Source: Pachysolen tannophilus NRRL Y-2460 (taxonomy: Eukaryota). Taken from it: a DNA stretch of 64,000 bases. Below the pieces are notes generated by a model that saw only the letters and a program-made list of their open reading frames with translations, made no database searches and had not been told where the DNA came from. Positions 21,787 through 33,389 of this stretch are shown here, piece by piece (the stretch's first letter is position 1; the number at the start of each line of letters is the position of its first letter). Where the stretch lies: positions 900,502 through 964,501 of the forward strand of contig KV454013.1 of NCBI GenBank assembly GCA_001661245.1. The letters run 5' to 3'. Both the position numbers and the translations under genes were made by a program.

Positions 21787-22454
21787 NNNNNNNNNNNNNN
21801 NNNNNNNNNNNNNNNNNNNNNNNNNNNNNNNNNNNNNNNNNNNNNNNNNNNNNNNNNNNNNNNNNNNNNNNNNNNNNNNNNNNNNNNNNNNNNNNNNNNN
21901 NNNNNNNNNNNNNNNNNNNNNNNNNNNNNNNNNNNNNNNNNNNNNNNNNNNNNNNNNNNNNNNNNNNNNNNNNNNNNNNNNNNNNNNNNNNNNNNNNNNN
22001 NNNNNNNNNNNNNNNNNNNNNNNNNNNNNNNNNNNNNNNNNNNNNNNNNNNNNNNNNNNNNNNNNNNNNNNNNNNNNNNNNNNNNNNNNNNNNNNNNNNN
22101 NNNNNNNNNNNNNNNNNNNNNNNNNNNNNNNNNNNNNNNNNNNNNNNNNNNNNNNNNNNNNNNNNNNNNNNNNNNNNNNNNNNNNNNNNNNNNNNNNNNN
22201 NNNNNNNNNNNNNNNNNNNNNNNNNNNNNNNNNNNNNNNNNNNNNNNNNNNNNNNNNNNNNNNNNNNNNNNNNNNNNNNNNNNNNNNNNNNNNNNNNNNN
22301 NNNNNNNNNNNNNNNNNNNNNNNNNNNNNNNNNNNNNNNNNNNNNNNNNNNNNNNNNNNNNNNNNNNNNNNNNNNNNNNNNNNNNNNNNNNNNNNNNNNN
22401 NNNNNNNNNNNNNNNNNNNNNNNNNNNNNNNNNNNNNNNNNNNNNNNNNNNNNN
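21787..22454. other. Assembly gap (N run)
   Basis: Run of n next to a poly-A tract. Confidence 1.
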
Positions 22455-22894
22455 GCAAAAAAAAATTGAATTATTTGCCTTTATACCTCTTTCTAGATCA
22501 ATCAATTTTCAAAAATGGAAGCCTGGCTCAATCATAAGCACATCACCTATCACATATCACGTATTAGCACTCCACCAAAAAAAAAAAAAAAGCCCTACCC
22601 TACTGCATGTTTCCAGTTTCTAGCTCTTCAACTGCTCTTCTACTACTCTGTTGTTCTGCTGCTCTGCTTACTCTTCTTGCGCCTACAGTAACTTCTATAC
22701 ATATCTATTAAAAAAAGCTTACATATAGAACTATTATTACATAACTAGATGTACCATCACACAAAAATAGGCCCCCAAGTGGGTCCCCAAGTGCTTGGCT
22801 GATGCCAACATGATCATTGCAAATTTCTAATCCCCCATCTCGTCTTCCACGGCGCTCAATATATGGTGGTGTCCCAAAGTGAAAAAAAAAATTC

Positions 22895-22922
22895 TCGTTT
22901 AAGCGTACAATTTTCTATACGA
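22895..22922. promoter_or_regulatory. Two sterol regulatory elements (Upc2 sites) upstream of UPC2
   Basis: TCGTTTA at 22895-22901 and TATACGA (TCGTATA on the minus strand) at 22916-22922. Confidence 0.7.
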
Positions 22923-22941
22923 AAATTAAATAATACTCTTA

Positions 22942-22982
<41 letters not shown>

Positions 22983-23246
22983 TAAATGGAATCATAAATA
23001 GAGATCAACCGTTGTCAGTGTGTTTGAGTTCTTATCATATATCATATAGCTGTTTGACTAGTGAATATATTAGAGACATATATTGAAAGTAGAGAAAAGA
23101 AAGTGAAAGAAGAAAAGAAAAAAAAGAAAAAGGGAAAAGGGAAGGATATAAATAATTTATAATTTAGAAACAATTTCTTGTTATTTTTTGTTCACTGTTG
23201 TTATTTGATTATTTTCCTTCATTTTGGTAACATTTTTGTGTTTCCG

Positions 23247-25382
23247 ATGTCATTTTCATCAGATTCATTCTTGAGAAACGTGTTATTAGATCCTCAGTTA
23301 ACTTCCCGTCAGTTGAACGAAAATTCTTCAGAGATTGGTTCTAGAAATGGTTCATTGAATTCTTCGCCCTCAGCTGCTGCTAATACGCTCTTGGAAATAA
23401 CTAATAACAACAACAACAACAACATTAATATTAATAATAACGCTTTCAGTCAGAATAACTCTTCTCCGGAATCATCAGCTTCAACAAATAGTCACCGCAA
23501 CAGTACGAGTAATAGCATTGATAATAGTTTTGGTAACGGTAATGGCGGTAGTGATGGGAAATATGCCAATCATAGTTCAAGCGCGAAAAGGAAATATCAT
23601 ACAAAGAGTAGGAACGGTTGTGCTACTTGTAAGAAAAGAAGAGTTAAATGTGATGAGCGTCATCCTATTTGTTCTAAATGTGAACATATGGGTATAGAAT
23701 GTATATATCTCCCTATTGAGCCAAAAGTAAGGAGGAAGAAAAAACATTTAACAAATGGTGATATTGATCAGGAAAGCCGGGATGATATAGATGAATCGAA
23801 ATTTAAGCGTAATAAGTTACAGAATAATAATAAGTTTAATCCAACGATAAGTATTAAAATTGATGATTATGATCGTCTTGCCAAGGGCCAAAATTATACA
23901 ACTTCCTCCTTTATGCGTAATGAGAATCCAGCTGATAATAGTAACAATGACAATAATTCAAAAATTAACAATGAGGATTTGTTGAGATCAGGTAAAATCC
24001 CATCAATATCTACAAACAACAATGGAAACATTCACCTACCGCAGCTGCAACACCTTAACGATGTGATGAATTCTGCTCAGCGCCATCATCAGCAGTATCT
24101 GCAACAACTGCAACGTCATCTTCGACTTCAACTGCAACAGCAGCTGCAGCTGCAGCTGCATCGAAAACAACAGCATCAACAGCAACAGCAACAACAGGGT
24201 CAGTCGCAGCAGCTGAAGAAACAACGAAGGTCTTCTGAAAAAGAGAGTCTTAAAGTGGAACCAAGCTTATCACCTTCGATTCCAGCACCTTCACTAAATC
24301 CTATGGATTCAAGTGGCTTCAATTACTCTGGAAATTTAAATATGTTGGATTTGAGGCTAATGTACCATTATACAATGAAAGTTTGGCCTACCATCACAGC
24401 AGCTGGCATCTCAGAAGAAAAAATATGGAGTGAAGACATTCCAATGTTGGCATTCAGTTACCCATTTTTGATGCATTCAATATTAGCTTTCAGTGCTACG
24501 CATTTATCTAGAACAGAAAAAGGGTTAGACCAATGTGTTACTTGTCATAGAGGTGACGCATTAAGATTATTAAGAGAAGCTGTGTTAGAAATATCACCAC
24601 AAAATACGGACGCTTTAGTAGCTTCAGCATTAATTTTAATTATGGATTCTTTGGCCAATGCTTCTTTGCCAACTTCAATTTCTCCGAAATCTTTACCTGC
24701 AAGTGCTTGGATTTTCCATGTAAAAGGTGCTGCTACTATTTTAACTGCAGTTTGGCCTTTAAATGAATCGTCGAGGTTTTATAAGTTTATAAGTGTGGAT
24801 TTAGGAGATTTGGGTGATATTTTAAAAGAAAGGTCATCAATGTCTACAGAAGAAATGGAGGATCGTATGCCACTTTTTTCTGACTTGCAATGTTTTGATA
24901 ATGATATTGCTGACTTGTACCCGGTGCCTTATTCTTCGCCTTATTTAATAACATTGGCATATTTGAACAAATTGCACAACGAAAGATACAAGTCGGATTT
25001 TATCTTGAGAATATTTGCATTTCCTGCTTTATTAGATAAAACTTTTTTAGGATTATTGATAAACGGAGATGTAGCAGCAATGAGAATAATGAGGTCTTAT
25101 TATACTTTATTGAGATCATTTACTACGGCTATGAAGGATAAAGTATGGTTTTTGGAAGGATTATCGAATGTGTTACCAGTTGATGTTGAACAATATTCCG
25201 GTGGGGGTGGTATGCACATGATGTTAGATTTTCTTGGTGGTCCTTCAACTTCTAATGATAATGAGGATGATGATCTGGATGCCTATCCTAGTGTTGGAAA
25301 TGGATTGTTGGATACAGACAACTTGCCCAGTTCTATCACCAATAATTTAGAGATCATGCAAGGTGATAATGGATTCATGTAG
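23247..25382 (+). CDS. UPC2: Zn2Cys6 sterol regulatory transcription factor Upc2/Ecm22
   Basis: [28 protein letters not shown] zinc cluster; C-terminal LDLRLMYHY...[11 protein letters not shown]...[14 protein letters not shown]. First ATG is at 23247. Confidence 0.96.
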   Translation: MSFSSDSFLRNVLLDPQLTSRQLNENSSEIGSRNGSLNSSPSAAANTLLEITNNNNNNNININNNAFSQNNSSPESSASTNSHRNSTSNSIDNSFGNGNGGSDGKYANHSSSAKRKYHTKSRNGCATCKKRRVKCDERHPICSKCEHMGIECIYLPIEPKVRRKKKHLTNGDIDQESRDDIDESKFKRNKLQNNNKFNPTISIKIDDYDRLAKGQNYTTSSFMRNENPADNSNNDNNSKINNEDLLRSGKIPSISTNNNGNIHLPQLQHLNDVMNSAQRHHQQYLQQLQRHLRLQLQQQLQLQLHRKQQHQQQQQQQGQSQQLKKQRRSSEKESLKVEPSLSPSIPAPSLNPMDSSGFNYSGNLNMLDLRLMYHYTMKVWPTITAAGISEEKIWSEDIPMLAFSYPFLMHSILAFSATHLSRTEKGLDQCVTCHRGDALRLLREAVLEISPQNTDALVASALILIMDSLANASLPTSISPKSLPASAWIFHVKGAATILTAVWPLNESSRFYKFISVDLGDLGDILKERSSMSTEEMEDRMPLFSDLQCFDNDIADLYPVPYSSPYLITLAYLNKLHNERYKSDFILRIFAFPALLDKTFLGLLINGDVAAMRIMRSYYTLLRSFTTAMKDKVWFLEGLSNVLPVDVEQYSGGGGMHMMLDFLGGPSTSNDNEDDDLDAYPSVGNGLLDTDNLPSSITNNLEIMQGDNGFM

Positions 25383-25585
25383 ATAGCATCTTTTCCTTTT
25401 TTTTTTTTTGCGAATTTTTTTCATTGTTTTTCATAAAACTATGTGTATTTATTTATATCTATATGGGAAGGCTTTTTTATTTAATCTAACTATTATAATT
25501 TTTTAAATTTTTATATTTGCTAATAGAACCCAAAATCATTGAAGGTTAGGTGTATGATCATAATAAAATATGAACAGCTAAATAA

Positions 25586-27691
25586 TTAACTTCTAGGAAC
25601 ACCTAATTCTAACAATTTTGCAAAAGCGTCTGCAAAATCTTTGCAGAACTTTTCGTTGTCAGAAGCATAAATTTCTACCCATTTTTTAAATTCAGGATCT
25701 TTAATCAATTCCATATCAGTTCTTAACATCATCAAGTCATTTTCTCTATTGAAATATTGCATACTGCCGGTTGCTGGCACTGCATCCCATTCCCATTCCA
25801 ATTCTAACAAAACTACAAAAAATCTGTTACTAAAATGTATTGGATTTTCTGTCCATTTACCTTCCCAACCACTATATTTTCTGTGACACCTACCTAAAGA
25901 ATGACCACCGCCTATTAATACAACAGTTTCTTGGTCGTTGAATCCTAGATGATTTTGAAAAACATCTCTTATATGATGCCTATCCTTGGATCCCAATGGT
26001 AATCTTCCATTTGCTGGAATTTTGCTTTGATCTGAACAATCAATCCTACCTGGTTTCCACTCAATTTTTGGTCCGCACATTTCTTCAATAGCTACTACCA
26101 GGCCAAGTGTCCATAGATCTGCATATGTTATCAGTGGGAACCGCTGTTTGATCACTTCCATGAGATGTAATGCAGTGTGTAAACCAGTATTTCCGTCATC
26201 AGTCAACTCAGGTGGAAATCTGTAGTTGAAGGTTGTTAGTTAACTTTTTTTTTTTTTTTTTTCTTATGGTTCAATGACCTAATTTTCATAAAAACAAACT
26301 CACCTCATGGTAGCGCCATTTGATCCTCCTTCTCCTGTGTTTTTGTCATATGTCGCACAAGCATGCCATGCTAAACGAACAACAACAGGGCCGAAAGATC
26401 CATCATCAAAAGTAGGACACAGAAGACTCTTTTTAATAGCCTCTCTAACATCGTCGTAATCCACTGGTTGTGACGTTTCTTGAGTTTCTGAATCATTATG
26501 ATGAGGTTGCACTTTTTTTCTACGTGAAATCTTTAACCTAGAAGGTGATGTAGAATCAAGTTTATGCTTTGATAGTCTGATTTTAATCCCATGCGATTTC
26601 AGTGGAGTTATAGTTCCTTCAAATGATAATTCTTTGGCTTCTGGGGCTTCTGGAGTAAGAGATGACAGCTTCTCGTCTATGTTCAAATTTTCTAATGAAG
26701 TGACGGAAAGTTGTGAGGGTGAAAGTTTTGTTTCGACAGTAACGGCTTTCCTTGCATTTACAGATGATAAAACTTTTTGATCCTGACTATTTGGTGCTTT
26801 AAAAACTGAATTTTCACTTGTAGAAGTAAATTTTTCACTAACAAAAGGATCATATGAGTTAGGTGGTGATTGCCTTGTCGAATAATATCCTCTTTTCTTT
26901 ATTGGAGAGTTTTTTTTAGTCAACAATTCCGGATTTTCGAAAAGTATGTCCTGAGGTATTAATGGTGATTTTAATTCAGCATTTGTCGAAACCAATTCAT
27001 CTCTACCCGTTTTTTCTCTAAGCTTTCTTATAGATTCATGAGATAAATGATATGGTTTTAAATCAAAATCATCTATGTTTTTGAATACTTCGTCAGCATA
27101 ATCATCTTCCTCTTCCTCAATATCTGGGCTTTTCTCTCTCAAATTAATGGATTTCTTGATTTGTGGGTGATAAACATATTTATATACTTTCCTTCCAGTA
27201 AATAACTCGTATAAGCAAACTGGTGCATGAAGTAAAAACCTGTCATAACCATAATCCGAGAGTATCCAAGTTCTTACAACCAACTGATAAGGAGTTCTTG
27301 CCGGTTCAAACATATGATCAATTTCTTTATCAAAATCACTTCTTAAATCTTTTTTAGATGTATTTTTCTCTTTCAGATTAGTATTTTGCCCTTTTTTGTT
27401 TTTAGATTTGAGTTTTTCTTCTTTCAGTTTTTTCAATGGCGAAGTGAAATAACCATTAGGTATCAATCTGACTTTAAGAGTTAAAACAATAACCCTAATA
27501 AAATTTGAAACTGAATATAAGAAAAATAGATTAAAAACATGTGGCAATAAAATTGTTCTTATTAAAAGCCTAAATGCTTTTTCAACAAAATTAAAAAACT
27601 TAGCAATGGATCCAGAAAATCTAGTTGGAATTCTTAAGTAGGACCTAACATCAATGTTTGATGTTTCGTCAAATATTTGCAACAATGGCAT
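25586..27691 (-). CDS. Class I heme peroxidase (Ccp2-like) with long N-terminal extension; exons 27691-26304 and 26219-25586, ~673 aa
   Basis: [16 protein letters not shown]...GGSNGATMR joins [13 protein letters not shown]; proximal His in [17 protein letters not shown]. The two track ORFs are joined by an 84-nt intron. Confidence 0.88.
26220..26303 (-). other. Intron of the peroxidase gene (84 nt)
   Basis: GTGAGT donor, AACTAAC branch, CAG acceptor; removal restores the conserved ATMRF motif. Confidence 0.92.
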
Positions 27692-28223
27692 TTTTTTCAA
27701 TAAATGGATCGTAAATATCAATGATAATAAAAAGAAAGTTGTTGTTTAAGCGCCCATATAAATATTAGCTCAATTATTTTCCCCTTTTTTCGCCCTCTAT
27801 TTTTTTTTTTCTCTTTTACTTTCAATGGATTAAATACAGAAGGAAAGTAATTCCAAATGGGTCCAGTCGGTTTCAAATGAACTGTTTGATGCAAATGCTC
27901 GAGCTGTCAATATATGAATTGAAGTCATATAATATTGAAAGAGCGTCTTTGTGTTTTTATATACATGTTTTAATTTTTCTGTAATTTCCGAAAAAGGAAA
28001 ACAACATTGTTGATGTGACGACCGCTTATCTGAACTACTTTTGTCTACAACCAAAAAAAAACCTCTTTCTTAAGAAGTGATATATGATACCCAAATCCAT
28101 TGTACTAAGCTCTATAGTAAAAAGAAAAAAAAGGTAAATGGAAATGGAAATTAAAATGGAAATGTAAAAAAGTGAAGAGACAAAATATAGGGATTGGAAT
28201 CAAAAATTGATGGACATCAAAAC

Positions 28224-29879
28224 TTAGATGTTAGAATAGTTTGCTCTGAGGCCACTATTATTTGACAAGCAAGTTGTTTCGACATCGTCATTGTCACAAC
28301 CAATGCCTAATTCTTTCCTCAACTCATCTGCGTAGGAAATATCGTAGCCATTTTCAAAAATTTTTCTAATATCTTCTAAAGGTAAACCAGTCACCTCTGG
28401 GTAAAACTTGATAATAAAAATATAAAAAGCCAAGCTGAGTAGTGCATATATAAATGCAGTTCCACTTAATTTAAAGAAACCATTTAAATCCAAGAAAGTC
28501 ATTGAAACGAGGAAATTCATTGACCAATTAATACAACTCATGATCATTGCTCCTAACGACCGGCTTTCTTGAGGCAAAAATTCTACAGAGCACCATGGGA
28601 TAACACCTAGCCCAACGGCATAAGCAGAAATATAAATGACTATAAAAGTGACCAATAAAGCTCCAGCAGCCGGTCCCATTTGGGAAACAAAGCCTGTCAG
28701 TATTAGAGCTGCTATCATTATACCCATTGAATATAATAACAATTTCCTTCTACCTGTAATATCAATTAATACCACATTCGCACATGTAAATAAGAAATTT
28801 GCCAAAGAGACAAATATAGAAACAAACATCAGGTTATTTATTCCAGCAGATTTAAAAATTGTTGCAGAATAATTCAAGAAAGCAGCAATTCCACTTAGTT
28901 GTTGAGCACACATTAATCCACATCCAATGACAAGAGCTCTAATTGTTGATTTTGTGAAAATTGAATTTTTAGTTGTTGATTTTAAATCTTCTGTTGAAAT
29001 ACGATTCAATTGATAATCTGTATTTCCAATCGAAGGATTAATATTTAAATCTTTTTGTATCAAAGTAATTTTGTCATCAATTTGATATTCTTGGGCCATT
29101 GGGAAAATTAATCTAAAACATTTAGCGGCATCTGTCGGGTTTGATTTGATAACCAATAACCTTGGGGATTCACAGATAAATGGAGACAGTAACAAAAATA
29201 ATAATGGTACTATGGACCCCAATATAATCATCAATCTCCAACTGTATTTATGATTTTCTAAAAGGGCGCTAAATACATAAGCCAAAAATTGTCCCAAAGT
29301 TGTACCTAAAGAATTTAAAGTCATTAATGAACCTCTTAATCTTGAAGGTGCAACTTCTGAAACATAAATTGGAACTACCATTGATACAGCACCAACTGGG
29401 AAACCAAGTAAAAATCTACCCGATAAAAACATTTTATAACTAGAGCATAATGCCATTTCCACTGATGAAATAACAAATAATATACAACTCAACGAAATAA
29501 TATTTTTCCTACCAATCTTATCGGCAATTAATCCACTTGTTATACAACCAAATATTGCTGCAATCGCAGTCACTGATGCCACCGATTGCTGTTGAGTCGA
29601 GGTTAATATTTCCCCATCCAAATCTGAACCAATTGAAACCAAGACACCACTAATAATCGCTGTAGTGTAACCATAAGAAAACCCACCCAATGAAGCAGCA
29701 ACAACAATTAAAGTAGCATATATCGAAATCTCTGTATCTTCAATAGTATCATAATTATAGTAAGAGCGCTTAGAGGAAGCCGATGTAATACGACTCGACA
29801 AAACACTCTTGGATGGAAATGTCCTCAATAAAGGGCTATTTTCTGAAATCAAGTTATACAGTTTCTTTGATGATGACAT
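28224..29879 (-). CDS. Sugar-porter MFS transporter, myo-inositol transporter-like (YDR387C position)
   Basis: Motifs ADKIGRK, PIYVSEVAPSRLRG, ESPR, QQLSG, IDITGRR and YPEVTGLPLE. Divergent from RVS167. First ATG is at 29879. Confidence 0.88.
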   Translation of the reverse strand: MSSSKKLYNLISENSPLLRTFPSKSVLSSRITSASSKRSYYNYDTIEDTEISIYATLIVVAASLGGFSYGYTTAIISGVLVSIGSDLDGEILTSTQQQSVASVTAIAAIFGCITSGLIADKIGRKNIISLSCILFVISSVEMALCSSYKMFLSGRFLLGFPVGAVSMVVPIYVSEVAPSRLRGSLMTLNSLGTTLGQFLAYVFSALLENHKYSWRLMIILGSIVPLLFLLLSPFICESPRLLVIKSNPTDAAKCFRLIFPMAQEYQIDDKITLIQKDLNINPSIGNTDYQLNRISTEDLKSTTKNSIFTKSTIRALVIGCGLMCAQQLSGIAAFLNYSATIFKSAGINNLMFVSIFVSLANFLFTCANVVLIDITGRRKLLLYSMGIMIAALILTGFVSQMGPAAGALLVTFIVIYISAYAVGLGVIPWCSVEFLPQESRSLGAMIMSCINWSMNFLVSMTFLDLNGFFKLSGTAFIYALLSLAFYIFIIKFYPEVTGLPLEDIRKIFENGYDISYADELRKELGIGCDNDDVETTCLSNNSGLRANYSNI

Positions 29880-30578
29880 CACTTTAATATAATACAAGTA
29901 TTATTTATTCTAAATTGTATAAAGCAATCAATATTATCTCTTCTCTTCTTTCCCCAATAATAAGTCGCCGAATCTTTGACATTTAAATACTTGATAAAAA
30001 TTTAGACAAAACCCTGTGCTATCATGTTTCACCTTCCAAGCACAGCACAATATTGCACAGCATAGCACAATTAAATTACGTAGTTCCGTTTGATCTTTCT
30101 CTTTCTATCAGAAATAGTCAAAATGTAAACAAACTCAAAATTTATTAAAGTCGTGTTTGTAAAAAGCAAGTTCTGAATTAGGAAAGCAACAAATTTATTG
30201 ACACGTTGTTGTGTTTTTTTATTTTATTTATCATTTTAAAAATGGCGGATTTTATTTTATTTTATTTTATTTTTTTTCCGTACTGAAGCTTAGTAAAAGA
30301 GAGAAAGAAAGCAAAAAAAAAAAAAAAGGCAAAAAATTTAACAGATAACGCCGAAGAAGAAGTTAACTACGGTAAGAGTTAAGTTTCGAATTTATATTAT
30401 TTGCAAACTTATTTCTTTAAGTTGGGGTAATCAATCAATTCTATTAAATAATCTTTTATAATTGATTTTTTTTATTTTTTTTTTTTTTTGGATTTTGATT
30501 TTAATTTTGATTTTGAGTAAAGTGTCAATTTAGGTGATTAAATTAGTTTTCCGAATATTATATAGAATATTGGGGAAG

Positions 30579-31997
30579 ATGAGTTTTAAAGGTTTTAGAA
30601 AAACAGTTGTGAGGGCTCCTCAGACATTTCGTCAGAAACTTAATATGGGGGTTCAAACTGTTGATGCTATTTATGTTGATGCTGAAAGAAGGTTTCAAGA
30701 ATTGGAAGTTGAGACTAAGAAATTGGAGGCTGAATCCAAACGTTACTTTAATGCAGTCAATGGTATGTTAGAACATCAAATTGGATTTTCTAAAGGAATT
30801 GAAGAAATTTATAATCCTATATCGGGGAAAGTTTCTGATCCTACTACTTTAAAAGCTGAAGGTAGTCTTGAAGGAATTGAAGCAGCAAAACAGTATAGAG
30901 AAGTTGTTGCGGAATTACAACAAACTTTAAAACCTGATTTAGAATTAATTGAAACTAGAATTATTGGGCCTGCTCAAGAATTAATAAAAGTTATTGAATC
31001 AATTAGGAAAATGGCTACTAAGAGAGGTCATAAATTATTGGATTTAGATCGTCATAATAATACATTAAAAAAATATCAAGATAAAAAGGAGAAAACTCCA
31101 AAAGATGAAGAAAAATTATATAAAGCAGAAGCAGATGTTGCTATAGCACAACAAGAATATGATTATTATAATGAAATGTTAAAAAATGAATTACCTGTTT
31201 TATTTCAATTGGAATCTGAATTTATCAAACCATTATTTGTTAGTTTGTATTATATGCAATTGAATATTTTTTATACTTTATATACAAGGATGGAAGAATT
31301 AAAAATTCCATATTTTGATTTATCTTCGGATATTATTGAAGCATTCCAAATTAAGAGAGGAGATATTCAAGAACAAGCTGAAGCTATAGGAATTACACAT
31401 TTTAAAGTTGGACATGCAAGAGCCAAATTAGAAGCTACAAAGAGGAGATATGCAGCAGGAGGAGCTGGAACTGTTGGGTCCCCAGCACCAAGTTCACCTG
31501 TCCCTGGATCTCCATACAGCCCAGTGGGAACTCAAGAACTACCTGCTTATACTCCGCCAGCAACAGGAGCTTATGGCCAGCAACCAGTGACAGCAGCAAC
31601 AACAGCACAAGGTTATCCGAATGAAAAAGCAGCGTATGCTCAAAATACAAATAGTGCATATGCTTCTCCAACTTCATACACAAGTGCGCCTAGCGGACCT
31701 GCGCCTCTGTACGGATCACCACTGTATGGCTCTCCTCTGTACGGATCACCAATGTCACCTACTGTTGCTGGTGCTCCCCAACAACAACAACCATTACAAC
31801 AGCCACTGCAACAAGCTACAGAGACGTGCACTGCGTTATACGATTATGCAGCACAAGCCGAAGGCGACTTGAGTTTCTCTGCTGGAGCAGTCATTGAAAT
31901 TGTACAAAGAACCGCTGACGTTAACGGATGGTGGACAGGAAGAATAAATGGAGTACAAGGTGTTTTCCCGGGCAATTATGTCCAATTAAACCATTAA
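30579..31997 (+). CDS. RVS167: Amphiphysin-like BAR-GPA-SH3 protein Rvs167
   Basis: MSFKGF...RAPQ N-BAR domain, Gly/Pro/Ala-rich linker, SH3 [15 protein letters not shown]...GVFPGNYV. Confidence 0.96.
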   Translation: MSFKGFRKTVVRAPQTFRQKLNMGVQTVDAIYVDAERRFQELEVETKKLEAESKRYFNAVNGMLEHQIGFSKGIEEIYNPISGKVSDPTTLKAEGSLEGIEAAKQYREVVAELQQTLKPDLELIETRIIGPAQELIKVIESIRKMATKRGHKLLDLDRHNNTLKKYQDKKEKTPKDEEKLYKAEADVAIAQQEYDYYNEMLKNELPVLFQLESEFIKPLFVSLYYMQLNIFYTLYTRMEELKIPYFDLSSDIIEAFQIKRGDIQEQAEAIGITHFKVGHARAKLEATKRRYAAGGAGTVGSPAPSSPVPGSPYSPVGTQELPAYTPPATGAYGQQPVTAATTAQGYPNEKAAYAQNTNSAYASPTSYTSAPSGPAPLYGSPLYGSPLYGSPMSPTVAGAPQQQQPLQQPLQQATETCTALYDYAAQAEGDLSFSAGAVIEIVQRTADVNGWWTGRINGVQGVFPGNYVQLNH

Positions 31998-33033
31998 TAA
32001 AAAAAAAGTAGTAGTGTATATACATATGTACAAGATAGCTTTTTCTTTTCTTTTTCTCTCTTTTTTTTTTTATTTTTATTTTTATTTTTATTTGTCGTTT
32101 CATTTTCACAGCGATATGTATAAGAAAGAAGAAGAAGAAGAAGAAGTAAAAAAANAAAAAAAAAAAATTGTCTAGGAAAACTATAGTATAGTATAGTATA
32201 GTAAGTAAATTAGTTAAGTTAGTCTTGCTAATTGCTTAATTGCTAATAAAGGCTTATATTTTTCAAAAATGCCTAAAGTTTCCTAAGGAAATAAAAATTA
32301 AAAATTAAAAAAAAAAAAAAAAATGTGCGTGTCAGATAGATAGATAGATTGATAGGATACATAAATACATAAACACTTTTTTTTTAAAAGTATTATTATA
32401 ATATTTTCCCTGAAAATACCTTAATTATAACTCCTTACTTAATAACCTTACCTACATATTAACTGAATTAATATCTATCTTTCTACCTTATCTTTTCCAA
32501 CTAACTAACAAAAATTTTCTCAAAATAAAAATTCCTGTAAACAGCGGGCTGGATGGATGTTCTAAAATACATCAATCAAACAAGTGTTTAATTTAATTAA
32601 TTTAGCTATAAAAAGAAAAAGAATCTAGAACACATATAGCAGCTTAATACTTATAAAATTATAGTAATTTAATTATACAGTAATTTAATACTTTAGTAAT
32701 ATAATAGTAGTATTATATTTTATTTAACTAGTGGGGACTAGCGCTATTTGTACCGCTACTTGTGCAGCTGCCACTTGTTATGTGCCATTACTGGGCACAT
32801 AAATTCTATTTTTGGTGTAATAAGAAGTTACAAGGGCAAAAAAGCATTTTGGTCTCAAACACACGACTTTGTAATGAGCATTCTTTTTCTTTTGTTTTTT
32901 TTGTTTTTATTTGGATTAAACAACATAAACAGACCAAAAAAAGAACAACAGCGCTATTTTTCTTTCTTTTTTTTTTTTTTTTTTTTTTTTTAATTATAAT
33001 AATTAATTTATATTATATAATAATATATTATAA

Positions 33034-33068
<35 letters not shown>

Positions 33069-33285
33069 ATAATATATTTACATCATTCATTCATATAGAA
33101 GAGCGCATTATAATCAATCAGTTTAAAACCTCAATTTGATTTTGATTATATTTTATTTTTTGGGTTAGATTAAAATTATCGTTTCACGCGCTGTTAGTAT
33201 AAAATCGCTTAAACGCACTACTTCACGAAAGTGTGTATGTCATATATAAAATAATAATAATAATAATATATTATTATTATATATA

Positions 33286-33319
<34 letters not shown>

Positions 33320-33389
33320 ATATATATGTATATATATATATCTGTATATATTAAATTAATATTAGATATCAAGAGAAGAAAGGCATAGA

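Noticed and set aside
21702..22505. Poly-X ORFs here and at 52328-52894 and 59139-59634
   Set aside because: Artefacts of reading through N gaps.
30372..30565. Possible RVS167 5'-UTR intron (GTAAGA...TAG)
   Set aside because: No acceptable branch-point sequence was found.
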